Part shown: piece by piece, positions 1-8,739 of the stretch
Layout: each line of letters opens with the position of its first letter
How positions within the stretch are numbered: position 1 is the stretch's first letter
Assembly (NCBI GenBank): GCA_043813605.1
Contig: JBDRKX010000097.1
Location: 1-13,747 of the forward strand
Source: Elusimicrobiota bacterium
GTDB taxonomy: Bacteria; CG03; SLGR01; JBDRKX01
Length of the DNA: 13,747 nucleotides
Reading direction: 5' to 3'
The notes under the pieces: generated by a model
Databases searched by the model: none
Told to the model about the DNA's origin: nothing
What the model saw: the letters and a program-made list of their open reading frames with translations, nothing else
Made by a program: the position numbers and the translations under genes

Positions 1-54
1 AAAAATTCTCTAGAACACATTATTGGGAAAATTGAAAAGATGAAAAAATTATGA
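1..54 (+). CDS. possible 3' end of an upstream gene (partial)
   Basis: Frame 1 is open from the window edge (KNSLEHIIGKIEKMKKL*) to TGA at 52-54. Too short to identify. Confidence 0.3.
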   Translation, partial: KNSLEHIIGKIEKMKKL

Positions 55-140
55 TTTTTATGAGTTCGCAAAATATTTATTGGAAGGCTTCGACGAGAAG
101 GCGCTAAAAAATGAGCTTTTTACGCTTTTTTGAGGTATTA

Positions 141-159
141 TGTTATAATCATTTATAAT
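141..159 (+). promoter_or_regulatory. putative sigma70 -10 elements upstream of tamB
   Basis: Extended -10 TGTTATAAT at 141-149 and a second TATAAT at 154-159, just upstream of ATG 172. No good -35. Confidence 0.35.
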
Positions 160-171
160 TTATATAAGCAA

Positions 172-3100
172 ATGTTTAGTCAAAAAAGAATATTATCCGT
201 TTTTACTGCCGTTCTATTAGCAGTATTAATGACAGGGGCATCTGATAATGATAAATCCAGCCTTCCGCTTGAAATAGTAAAGAAATATCTCCATAAGAAA
301 TACCTGCTGACACTGGAATATGCCGATGTTAAGTATAGTTTTCCTAACACGGTAACAGCAGGATCCATATCGATCAAGGATCCAAATGGCCGGCTACTTA
401 TCAGGATAGACAGCATGGTCTCGGATATCCAGCTAAAGGGTATATTCATTAAAGAGATGCTCATAAGCAAATTGTCGGTCAAAGAAGCTTATATACTTAT
501 CGACGAAGATGACTCGGGGAAAAGACAGGTCGCTTTATTATCGAGTATGAAGAAAGATGTAGCCGCTGTCCCGAACAAAAAGGATAAAGACAATGAAACT
601 CTCTCATTTTCACTACGGAGACTCACTGCTGATAAAATAAGAATCGAATCCGGAAAAACAGACGGAAGTTCCATTTATATTATCCGCAAAGCGAAGATCG
701 ATATAGCCGGTGAAAAAAAACCCTTATTTATCAATATGATCGCAGCAGCGCTGGAATCTTCACGCGGTATGGCAAATGAGATAACTGATATCACTGCATC
801 CGCAAAACTTGAAAAAGAACTCCTCACAATAAACACCGCTTCGGTTAAACTGGGCAGGGATACCCTGGTAAAATGTAACCTGACATATCCTTTGGGAAAT
901 GCGGGGATCATGGCCGCGTCTTTTAATATTGATCTCGCCGGAAAAAACATGAACGGGAATCTGAAGTATGATCAGAAGAGCAAGTCGATACAGAGTTCAG
1001 CGATAGAAGTCAAAAGCGTAAACCTCTCCGAACTCCTGAAGCTGACCGGCAGAACATCACCGCTCCCGGCAGGTATCATAGACGGGCGGATAGAATTTAG
1101 AGGTAATCTTCAGTTCCCCGGGTCATGGCGGTCCTCGGGAGCCGTAACCATAAAGAGCGCAAGATACAGGGAACTGACTCTCCCTGATCTCTATCTGTCT
1201 TCTAAAATTGATAATGGCAACCTCGATTTTCGTATCAATCAATCGGAAACGAATATCTCTCTTAAAGGGAAATTGACAGATCAAAAGAACATCCTTCTTG
1301 ATTTCAATATATCGGCACCGGATACCGGTAAGACCCTGAAACTATTCACTGCGATCCCCGTTGAAGGGAGTATAACCGGTTCAGGTTATATAAAAGGCAG
1401 TTTCGAGGATCCCGATATATTCTGTGATTTGACCAACTCCAGGTTATCCTATGCGTCTATTCCGTTCAATGTCAGCCGCTGCAGCATAAGATACTATAAA
1501 CACGGGATATTCATAGACTCGATGAAAGTGGAAGGGGCATTGGATATGTCAGCGGTCAGTTCTGATATTATCCGCAATAACAATCTCGGCGGCAGATTGT
1601 CCTACACAGTGGATGTTTCGGGCCCGTCAGAGGCTCCCGAAGGCAATATCGATATAGTTATTAATGCCGCTTCCTATAAAAGCTTCTCGTTTGAAACGAT
1701 ACAACTGAATGCGGATATCCGAAAAGACCGGATAAGCATAAGGAAAGCAGGGATCATCCACGATAATTTCAATGCCGATATTACAGGCGATATCTTTTAC
1801 AGGGAGCGGAAGGCATCCGTGAGCATCACCGCTTTCAGTTTTGATGACAAAAAGAAGAACGATGTAAGATTGTTAAAGGCGGATATGGATTTCGATCTGA
1901 ATGAACAGGCGAAAAAACTGGTATTGAATAATGTCCTGATCGATCTGAAGGGTCTGAATAACCTGCCGGGAAGTATTTACGGGCTCGCAGGTAAACTCAG
2001 TCTTGACGGCACGTTTTCACTTGAAAATAAAATACCCGGTTTCGGTCTTTCATTTACATTGCTTAATTTCAGAAGAGACGATACGGATATCGATAATATC
2101 AGCGGCACTGCCGGTTATAAGGCAGGTAAACTCCTGGTAGAGGATCTGAATATCAGCAATAAGAAGGACAGCCTCGACATATACGCTGAGATCCCGATGG
2201 ATATCCGGATAGGCAGCACAACAGTGATATCCCGGCAGGCGCCCCTCAAATTATCCGTAAAAGGAGCTGCCGATCTCCGTTATATCCCGCTGTTCCTCCA
2301 GCCAGCTGCCGTGATGTCGGGTAAAACCGATATCGACATAAGGTTTGAAGGCAGCCTCGAAGATCCAGGCGTGTACGGGAAGATCAGCCTGGCAGACGGT
2401 TTCTTCAGGATAAAAGGCAGCAGCTTTCAGCCAATTGAGTCCGCTGCGGCCGCTGTCTCCTTCTATGAAAAGAAGATTGATATTACACGTTTTGATTTTA
2501 GGTCCGCCGATAACGATCTAAAGATCAGTGGCACGATGGGACTCAAAGGATTGAAGGCCGTTTCTGATTTCAATATCACCGGCAGTATTAACGGCGCAGA
2601 TATGATAAAGGCAAGAGGATCCGTATCCGCAGATAATGTTGATATATCCGTTTCGAGCGGTAAATTCAGTCTGTCCATTATCCAGCCGTTTTTAAGTTCA
2701 ATAAAAAACCTTACAGGAACTTCGAAGCTCGCGTTCACAGTCTCCGGCGATATGGATCATCCCGAATTTGCAGGTTACATAAAAGCAAAGGATTTCGGAT
2801 ATTCCACACCCGACAAAGCGGTAAATTTCAGCGGCGGGATAATCGATATTAAATTTGAGAATGAGAAGATCCGGCTCGAAAGGATCGAGGCGGGCCTTAA
2901 TGAAGGAATGATCAGCATATCGGGAACAACCGGGATCAGGAAGAGAGCGCTCACCGGTACCGATATAAAGGCAGTGATGACCCTGAACAGGTTTGATATA
3001 CCCGATACTATCAGGAGCAGAATCAAGAGCGTCAACCTATGGATAAAACAAAACGACGACAGGTTCAGCATAGCCGGTGATATTGATATCGATAATGCGG

Positions 3101-4029
3101 AATATTTTAGAAATATCGATATCAGGACCATACTGCTGAAAGCGAAGCCGGCACTTATAAAGGATAAATCACCTTCGTTATTCTCGAAACTGGACCTGAA
3201 TATAAATATCCTTAAAACCGAGAACATATTGCTCAGGAATAACCTTGGAAAACTCAAAATAGGAACGGAATGCGCGATCACGGGACCGGCCGGCAATCCT
3301 GTCGTTATGGGAAAGATTTATATAACAAGCGGTTACGTACTTTACCTCGACAGGACATTTGATATCCAGAAGGGTATGTTGGATTTCAACGACCCGCTGA
3401 AAACCAATCCCTTTATCGATATAATTGCAGTATCATCGATCAGGAGCTACAGGCAGAAGACGGATCAGCCATATAAGATAACGCTTGCCGTCAAGGGGTA
3501 CAGGTCCGAACTATCGGTCTCCCTTACGTCCGAACCACCCCTGAGTGAACCTGATATCGTCTCACTCATAACGATCGGCGCCACCAGTTCCGAGCTGACA
3601 AGTCTCACTCAGGCGCAAGGTTCGTCTATCGAGATACTTGCTGACAGGCTGGGCGCCATATCCTCCAGGAGTATATCCGGTTATATATCGGCCAATGTAG
3701 GCAACATGCTGAACCTTGACCAGATATACATAGACGGCAACATTCTCAAGATAGGTTCTCCGAGCGGCGCTACCCTGAGAGCCACTAAAAGGGTAACGAA
3801 AAATACCGCTCTGACCTATATCAACAGCCTGGAAGGAAGCGCCGGCTCGCTCGAGGCAAAGAGGAGTACTGATAAAACGGAAATCGCATATGAAACCGGG
3901 ATAGGCCACACGAACGAGCAGAAGTTCAAGCTCGGCTATAAATTATCAAAGTTTTTCATGTTCCAGAGCCATGCGGACATCACGGGTAATTCCGGAATAT
4001 CCCTTAAATACAGCCTATGGAAAAAATAA
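172..4029 (+). CDS. tamB: translocation and assembly module TamB-like protein (AsmA-like, C-terminal DUF490)
   Basis: ~1285 aa from ATG 172 (the ORF track starts at TTG 130). Has an N-terminal signal/anchor (RILSVFTAVLLAVLM), a long repetitive beta-strand body and a DUF490-type C-terminus (G..ITSGYVLYLDRTFDIQKG.LDF...NPFIDI.A; LTSEPPLSEPDIVSLITIG). Overlaps an Omp85 gene. Confidence 0.85.
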   Translation: MFSQKRILSVFTAVLLAVLMTGASDNDKSSLPLEIVKKYLHKKYLLTLEYADVKYSFPNTVTAGSISIKDPNGRLLIRIDSMVSDIQLKGIFIKEMLISKLSVKEAYILIDEDDSGKRQVALLSSMKKDVAAVPNKKDKDNETLSFSLRRLTADKIRIESGKTDGSSIYIIRKAKIDIAGEKKPLFINMIAAALESSRGMANEITDITASAKLEKELLTINTASVKLGRDTLVKCNLTYPLGNAGIMAASFNIDLAGKNMNGNLKYDQKSKSIQSSAIEVKSVNLSELLKLTGRTSPLPAGIIDGRIEFRGNLQFPGSWRSSGAVTIKSARYRELTLPDLYLSSKIDNGNLDFRINQSETNISLKGKLTDQKNILLDFNISAPDTGKTLKLFTAIPVEGSITGSGYIKGSFEDPDIFCDLTNSRLSYASIPFNVSRCSIRYYKHGIFIDSMKVEGALDMSAVSSDIIRNNNLGGRLSYTVDVSGPSEAPEGNIDIVINAASYKSFSFETIQLNADIRKDRISIRKAGIIHDNFNADITGDIFYRERKASVSITAFSFDDKKKNDVRLLKADMDFDLNEQAKKLVLNNVLIDLKGLNNLPGSIYGLAGKLSLDGTFSLENKIPGFGLSFTLLNFRRDDTDIDNISGTAGYKAGKLLVEDLNISNKKDSLDIYAEIPMDIRIGSTTVISRQAPLKLSVKGAADLRYIPLFLQPAAVMSGKTDIDIRFEGSLEDPGVYGKISLADGFFRIKGSSFQPIESAAAAVSFYEKKIDITRFDFRSADNDLKISGTMGLKGLKAVSDFNITGSINGADMIKARGSVSADNVDISVSSGKFSLSIIQPFLSSIKNLTGTSKLAFTVSGDMDHPEFAGYIKAKDFGYSTPDKAVNFSGGIIDIKFENEKIRLERIEAGLNEGMISISGTTGIRKRALTGTDIKAVMTLNRFDIPDTIRSRIKSVNLWIKQNDDRFSIAGDIDIDNAEYFRNIDIRTILLKAKPALIKDKSPSLFSKLDLNINILKTENILLRNNLGKLKIGTECAITGPAGNPVVMGKIYITSGYVLYLDRTFDIQKGMLDFNDPLKTNPFIDIIAVSSIRSYRQKTDQPYKITLAVKGYRSELSVSLTSEPPLSEPDIVSLITIGATSSELTSLTQAQGSSIEILADRLGAISSRSISGYISANVGNMLNLDQIYIDGNILKIGSPSGATLRATKRVTKNTALTYINSLEGSAGSLEAKRSTDKTEIAYETGIGHTNEQKFKLGYKLSKFFMFQSHADITGNSGISLKYSLWKK

Positions 4030-5801
4030 CAAAAATATCCGTCATCGCGCTGATAACGCTTATCATCTGCCTTGATCCTGCAATGGCTGCCGGTAAAAAC
4101 GGGGAAAAGATCATAAGAACAGCATTCAGGGGAAACAAGAAGTTTTCAGACTCGAGCATATCCAGGCTGGTAATTACCAGAAAATCCGGTCTTATAAAGA
4201 AAAGATTTTTCTATGAAAATAACACTGAAGAGGATCTGAAAAGGATACGCAGTTTCTATCTGAAGAACGGCTATCTCGACATAAAAGCATCATATGACCT
4301 GGATATATCAAAACGGAAAGGAAAGGAACTGGCAAGTATCACGTTCTTGATAAATGAGGGTGAGATATATAACACTGGCGACCTTAAAGTCACTGGTAAT
4401 GAATATTACACTGAACAGGAATTGAAAGACAATTACAGGATAGAAAAAGGCAAGCCGTTCAGCAAACAGAAACTGGACAATTCCGTAGCGTCACTGCTGG
4501 CGTTCTATGCAAATAACGGTTTTATTGACACCGATATACAGACGGACCTTAAAGTAGATTCTGAAGCCAGGAAAGTGGATATATCCGTGATGATCACGGA
4601 AAACGCCCGGTACAGGATAGGAGCCACAGTCATATCAGGTATCTCGAAAACAAGGCCCTATATAGTAGAAAGGGAACTGCTCTACAGCAAAGGGGATATA
4701 ATAAACGCTTCCAAACTCCTTGATACCAGGAAGAACCTGTTTCTTACAGGGCTTTTCAATAATATCCAGGTCAGGCCCGTGACGCCGTCTACCGGTCATG
4801 ATGATACTAAAGACATTCAGGTAGATCTAAATGAAAATATGTCCGTAGAATTCGGATTATCGGTAGGCTACGATACTATAGAAAAATTCTGGCAGCAGGC
4901 GGAGCTCTACAACTATAATTTCAGGGGTAAAGCCCAGAAATACGGAATAATGGTAAGGAGGAGCGAGTTAAGAGACCATGCTGAATTATCATTCTCTGAG
5001 CCCAGGATGTGGGGCAGCATGTGGCGCGGTGACCTTAATCTCTTCACACGGGCAGGGTATGAACCCGGATACACGCTCTATAATAACGGCGGCAAATTGT
5101 CTGCGGGCCGTGATTTCAGGAAAATGCTCAAACTGGTCCTCTCATATAAGATCGAGAGCAGCAGGTATACGGATCTCAAGATCTATTATGAACCTTCACA
5201 GCAGATTCAATGGCGGCATGAATTCGCGGTTACAACGACTTACGACACCAGAGACGATATATTCAACACATCTGACGGCATTCTTCTGGAGCAGTCAAAT
5301 GAATACAGCATCACGGATAAGGATCTGCTGCGGATGATTTTCCGCGGCAGGCGGTTCATTCATCTTTCAGAAAAGCTGATATTTGCCACAGCCGCGGAAT
5401 TTTCGATCATAATCTCGAAAGCCGACATAGACGCCATCAATCCCGCTCAGAGGTTCTACACGGGAGGCCCCAATTCTATCAGGGGTTTCGGTTATAATAA
5501 AGTAGGACCGCTGAATGAATCCGGAGCGCCTTTAGGCGGTAAAGTCAAGTTCGTCTGGAACATAGCGGAATTAAGAATGCGCCTGACCAAGATCGCCGCC
5601 GTTAATTTCTTTGCGGACGCGGGTAATATATGGAGAAGCATAGACAGGACAGACCTGTCCGCATTGAGGTTCTCGCCCGGGCTGGGAACGATGGCTGTCA
5701 CCCCGATAGGCGTCTTGCGTATTGAATACGCTTTTAATGTAGCCCCTGAACCTGGCGAAGATAAAGGGTTGTTATTTTTCGGCGCAGGTCTTGCGTTTTG
5801 A
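4017..5801 (+). CDS. tamA: Omp85-family outer membrane protein with 3 POTRA domains (TamA/TamL/BamA-like)
   Basis: Signal peptide (...PAMA). POTRA motifs FRGNKKFS, FYLKNGYLD, INEGE.Y, FYANNGF and LFLTGLFNNI. Loop-6 FYTGGPNSIRGF, FFADAGNIW, TPIGVLRIEYAF and C-terminal beta-signal FFGAGLAF. 594 aa fits three POTRAs. 13-bp overlap with tamB. Confidence 0.8.
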   Translation: MEKITKISVIALITLIICLDPAMAAGKNGEKIIRTAFRGNKKFSDSSISRLVITRKSGLIKKRFFYENNTEEDLKRIRSFYLKNGYLDIKASYDLDISKRKGKELASITFLINEGEIYNTGDLKVTGNEYYTEQELKDNYRIEKGKPFSKQKLDNSVASLLAFYANNGFIDTDIQTDLKVDSEARKVDISVMITENARYRIGATVISGISKTRPYIVERELLYSKGDIINASKLLDTRKNLFLTGLFNNIQVRPVTPSTGHDDTKDIQVDLNENMSVEFGLSVGYDTIEKFWQQAELYNYNFRGKAQKYGIMVRRSELRDHAELSFSEPRMWGSMWRGDLNLFTRAGYEPGYTLYNNGGKLSAGRDFRKMLKLVLSYKIESSRYTDLKIYYEPSQQIQWRHEFAVTTTYDTRDDIFNTSDGILLEQSNEYSITDKDLLRMIFRGRRFIHLSEKLIFATAAEFSIIISKADIDAINPAQRFYTGGPNSIRGFGYNKVGPLNESGAPLGGKVKFVWNIAELRMRLTKIAAVNFFADAGNIWRSIDRTDLSALRFSPGLGTMAVTPIGVLRIEYAFNVAPEPGEDKGLLFFGAGLAF

Positions 5802-5932
5802 AGTAGTTTTAGGAATATTGTAATATTTAAATATTATTTGCTCAAAATAATAGTAAAGAAAAAATAGATATCACTTATCTGGCACATTCTTTAATTAAAA
5901 CAGAAGTCATTAAATTCAATTGCTTGTTAAGT

Positions 5933-6640
5933 TCATATAGATTCTTTTATGTTATCCAGCTCTCCGAAACATGTTAATTTATCGCCAAGCTTGATTACAG
6001 TATCAGCTGAGGGATTGTAGATATTTTCATTTTTATTTTCTACAGCCAGAACAAGGATGTCTTTTTTCCTTAATCCTGAATCCATAACTGTCTTATCAAT
6101 CACCGGGCTGTCTTTTGTAACTTTTACCTGTGTAATACCATGTTTTTTCCCGATTACTGCTATATCCGAATAAGTGAATTGTTTAATTATCTTTTTTTTC
6201 TCCATGCTTTTTTTAAAAAAGGCAGTTAACCTATCTGTAACTTTTTTTGCAGTAAATATTCTGAATATTGCATATGAAGCTATTAAGATAACAAGCAGAT
6301 TGACTACAGGCAGAACAGAGGCAGGCATAAAAGACCTCAGAAAAGGCAAATCGATTATTGATAATGTCATTGTAGGTCTTAGTGAATTTGCAAATGTTGC
6401 AATTAATGTCACCAGCCCTACATTACCGGATATCATAAGAATAGATGCGATTTTTCTTCTCTGCGGATGCGTTACAATAAGTTCTGCTTCTTTTGTTGTA
6501 AATCCAGTTCCTGAGAAGCATGATAATGCCTGGAATTTTGAGATAGACCATTCAAGACCCGTAAGATGAAACGATACGGCTCCGATGCGGACTACTATAA
6601 AAGAGATAGCTAATGTTACAATAAATAATAAAATATTCAT
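5933..6640 (-). CDS. membrane protein with C-terminal TrkA-C (RCK_C) domain, putative K+ transport component
   Basis: N-terminal TM segments with FQALSCFSGTGFTTKEAE, then an RCK_C motif (SPVIDKTVMDSGLRKKDILVLAVE...NPSADTVIKLGDKLTCFG). SD GGAAGGAG on the minus strand at 6647-6654. Confidence 0.8.
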   Translation of the reverse strand: MNILLFIVTLAISFIVVRIGAVSFHLTGLEWSISKFQALSCFSGTGFTTKEAELIVTHPQRRKIASILMISGNVGLVTLIATFANSLRPTMTLSIIDLPFLRSFMPASVLPVVNLLVILIASYAIFRIFTAKKVTDRLTAFFKKSMEKKKIIKQFTYSDIAVIGKKHGITQVKVTKDSPVIDKTVMDSGLRKKDILVLAVENKNENIYNPSADTVIKLGDKLTCFGELDNIKESI

Positions 6641-6719
6641 ATTTCGCTCCTTCCTAGGTTTAAATAATATTGTAAATTATATATAATTATCTACAAATAT
6701 AAAGGAGGCATAAATTTTT

Positions 6720-7238
6720 ATGGAGTATTTAAGACAAAATCCAAATGTAGCTAATATTGTAATATCGTCTATTTTAGTATTTACAGTTTATTTGCTTGCC
6801 AGAATAGCAAAATATAAAGCAAGAAAGACCCAGGAAAAATTGAATCTTGATAAAAGTCGTTATCTCTTGATAAAAAGGCTGATATCCATGTTTTCTTTTT
6901 TATTTATTTTCGCCGTCCTGATATTTGTCTGGGGAATAAATCTCAAACAAGTATGGTTGACTTTAAGCGGAGTTGCTGCAATGGTAGCTATTGCTTTTTT
7001 TGCGATCTGGAGTCTTTTAGGAAATATTCTGGCAGGTGTTCTTTTATATTTCACTGCTCCTTTCAGGATAAATGACAATATCGAGGTCAGCCCTGATGGA
7101 ATAACAGGAAAAGTGATCGCCATTAATACGTTTTATACAGTATTGATGGATGAGGATGAAGCTTTTATATGTATTCCAAATACGCTGTTTTTTCAGAAGT
7201 ATATAAAAAATTATAAGGATAAAGGCAGAAAAAGTTGA
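6720..7238 (+). CDS. small-conductance mechanosensitive channel family protein (short MscS)
   Basis: Three TM helices, then LLGNILAGVLLYFTAPFRINDNIEV...GKVIAINTFYTVL...ICIPNTLF, the MscS TM3/beta domain. SD AAGGAGG. Confidence 0.85.
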   Translation: MEYLRQNPNVANIVISSILVFTVYLLARIAKYKARKTQEKLNLDKSRYLLIKRLISMFSFLFIFAVLIFVWGINLKQVWLTLSGVAAMVAIAFFAIWSLLGNILAGVLLYFTAPFRINDNIEVSPDGITGKVIAINTFYTVLMDEDEAFICIPNTLFFQKYIKNYKDKGRKS

Positions 7239-7382
7239 TAACCCTGATCGTATGAACCGGGGGATAAACGGGGTGGGGATAATATAAATGAAGATCCTGA
7301 ATTAGAAAGGATAATCGGTATATTTTCCTTAGAAGACGTTAATTAGTGAAAAAAAAGATATAAAGAGATGAGGTAATAATCT

Positions 7383-8447
7383 ATGATTAAAAAAATAAAA
7401 AATATTTCTGATCAGGCGGGCCTTCCGCCGGGCACACTTGTGCATATAGGAGAAGCTGTTGAAAGGAATGTAAAAATCAGCATGATTGATTATACTGAAA
7501 CGACTTTCCAGGAAAAGACAGTAGCCGAAATAGAAGATTGTTTTGATACTGTTGATGGCAATTCAGTTACATGGATAAATATTGATGGAATTCATAATAT
7601 TGATATTATTCAGAAGATTGGCGATCATTTTAATTTGCATTCGTTTTTGCTTGAAGATATTTTAAATACTCAGCAGCGGCCCATGATGGAAGATTATGAC
7701 AAATATCTTTTTATGATATTAAAGATGATTTCTGTGGGCAGTATTGATAAAAATATTGATATTGAACAGGTAAGTATACTTATAGGTAAAAAAGTCGTTA
7801 TTTCCTTTCAGGAAAAGGAAGGAGATGTGTTCAGCCCGATAAGGGAACGGATAAGGAATGCCAAGGGCCGCATAAGAAAAATGGGGGCTGATTATCTGGC
7901 CTATGCCCTTATTGACGCTATAGTAGATAATTACTTTATTATTCCCGAACAGTTTGGAGAAAAAATCGAAAAAGTTGAAGAAGAGTTATTGAACAATCCC
8001 ACGACAGAAATACTGCAGGTATTGCATAAAATGAAAAGGGATATGATCTTTTTAAGAAAAGCTGTCTGGCCGCTTCGTGAAGTTATAAATAACCTGGAAA
8101 GGTCTGAATCAGACATTATTAAAAAGTCAACGGGCATTTATTTAAGAGATGTTTATGATCATACTATTCAAGTTGCGGATTCAATTGAGACTTTTAGAGA
8201 CATACTTTCAGGAATGGTCGACCTGTACATGTCGAGCATAAGTAATAAGATGAATGAAGTTATGAAGGTCTTAACAATAATTGCAACGATTTTTATTCCA
8301 TTAACATTTATAGCCGGTATATATGGGATGAATTTTGAGTATATGCCGGAATTAGCCTGGCGAGGAGGCTATTTTATGGTTTGGGGTGTAATCGTTTTGG
8401 TCACAATAGGCATGTTAATATATTTTAAAAAGAAAAAATGGCTGTAA
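7383..8447 (+). CDS. corA: magnesium/cobalt transporter CorA
   Basis: N-terminal GLPPGTLVHIG, WINIDG, LEDILN.QQRP, MNEVMKVLT, signature YGMNF and MPEL, two C-terminal TMs ending KKKKWL. SD GAGGT. Confidence 0.96.
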   Translation: MIKKIKNISDQAGLPPGTLVHIGEAVERNVKISMIDYTETTFQEKTVAEIEDCFDTVDGNSVTWINIDGIHNIDIIQKIGDHFNLHSFLLEDILNTQQRPMMEDYDKYLFMILKMISVGSIDKNIDIEQVSILIGKKVVISFQEKEGDVFSPIRERIRNAKGRIRKMGADYLAYALIDAIVDNYFIIPEQFGEKIEKVEEELLNNPTTEILQVLHKMKRDMIFLRKAVWPLREVINNLERSESDIIKKSTGIYLRDVYDHTIQVADSIETFRDILSGMVDLYMSSISNKMNEVMKVLTIIATIFIPLTFIAGIYGMNFEYMPELAWRGGYFMVWGVIVLVTIGMLIYFKKKKWL

Positions 8448-8652
8448 AGGAGCGAAGTTGATACAGGCCGTCTTTTCTCCGTCCGCAATCTTATTTCCTA
8501 AAGGTTTCAATGGACAAAAAAGTCTGCATTAAAACACTTGGTTGACCCACTGACTCCGTCCAGGCTGTTTCGTTGTTTGGACTTCAATTTTCAGTCTTTC
8601 CGCAGCGCCTTATGCATGCCTGCAGTACCTGCAAGCTAAAATATCCGGTATA

Positions 8653-8678
8653 TCAACTCTGTCAACTCTGTCAACTCT
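8653..8678 (+). repeat. three tandem 9-bp direct repeats TCAACTCT(G)
   Basis: TCAACTCT at 8653-8660, 8662-8669 and 8671-8678, separated by single Gs and abutting the -35 box. Confidence 0.9.
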
Positions 8679-8706
8679 TGACATGTAAGTTAAAATAAGT
8701 TAATAT
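8678..8706 (+). promoter_or_regulatory. sigma70-type promoter of the HTH-EIIA operon
   Basis: Perfect TTGACA (8678-8683), 17-bp spacer, TAATAT (8701-8706). SD GAGG and ATG 8740 downstream. Confidence 0.75.
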
Positions 8707-8739
8707 GAAGCCATATGAGAGATTAGAGGTTATATAAGA

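Noticed and set aside
44..133. Open frame KNYDFYEFAKYLLEGFDEKALKNELFTLF* possibly continuing the upstream gene by frameshift
   Set aside because: Cannot be assessed without upstream sequence, and has no start codon with SD.
180..5701. Antisense and alternative-frame ORFs within tamB/tamA (e.g. 180-482, 2775-3296, 3562-3909, 4978-5337, 5492-5701)
   Set aside because: Fully overlap well-supported genes and have no motifs. Typical shadow ORFs.
7248..7346. Short open frame (SYEPGDKRGGDN...EDVN*) between mscS and corA
   Set aside because: No start codon with SD, and no resemblance to the missing MscS C-terminal domain.
8500..8620. M-box (Mg2+ riboswitch)-like words GGGUCAAC...UUUUAAUGCAG on the minus strand near corA
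   Set aside because: Lacks the conserved GGUGAGGCUC and GCUAAAGCUC ends, and lies downstream of and antisense to corA.
8653..8678. Tandem repeat as CRISPR array or iterons
   Set aside because: 9-bp units without spacers, and no cas or rep gene nearby.
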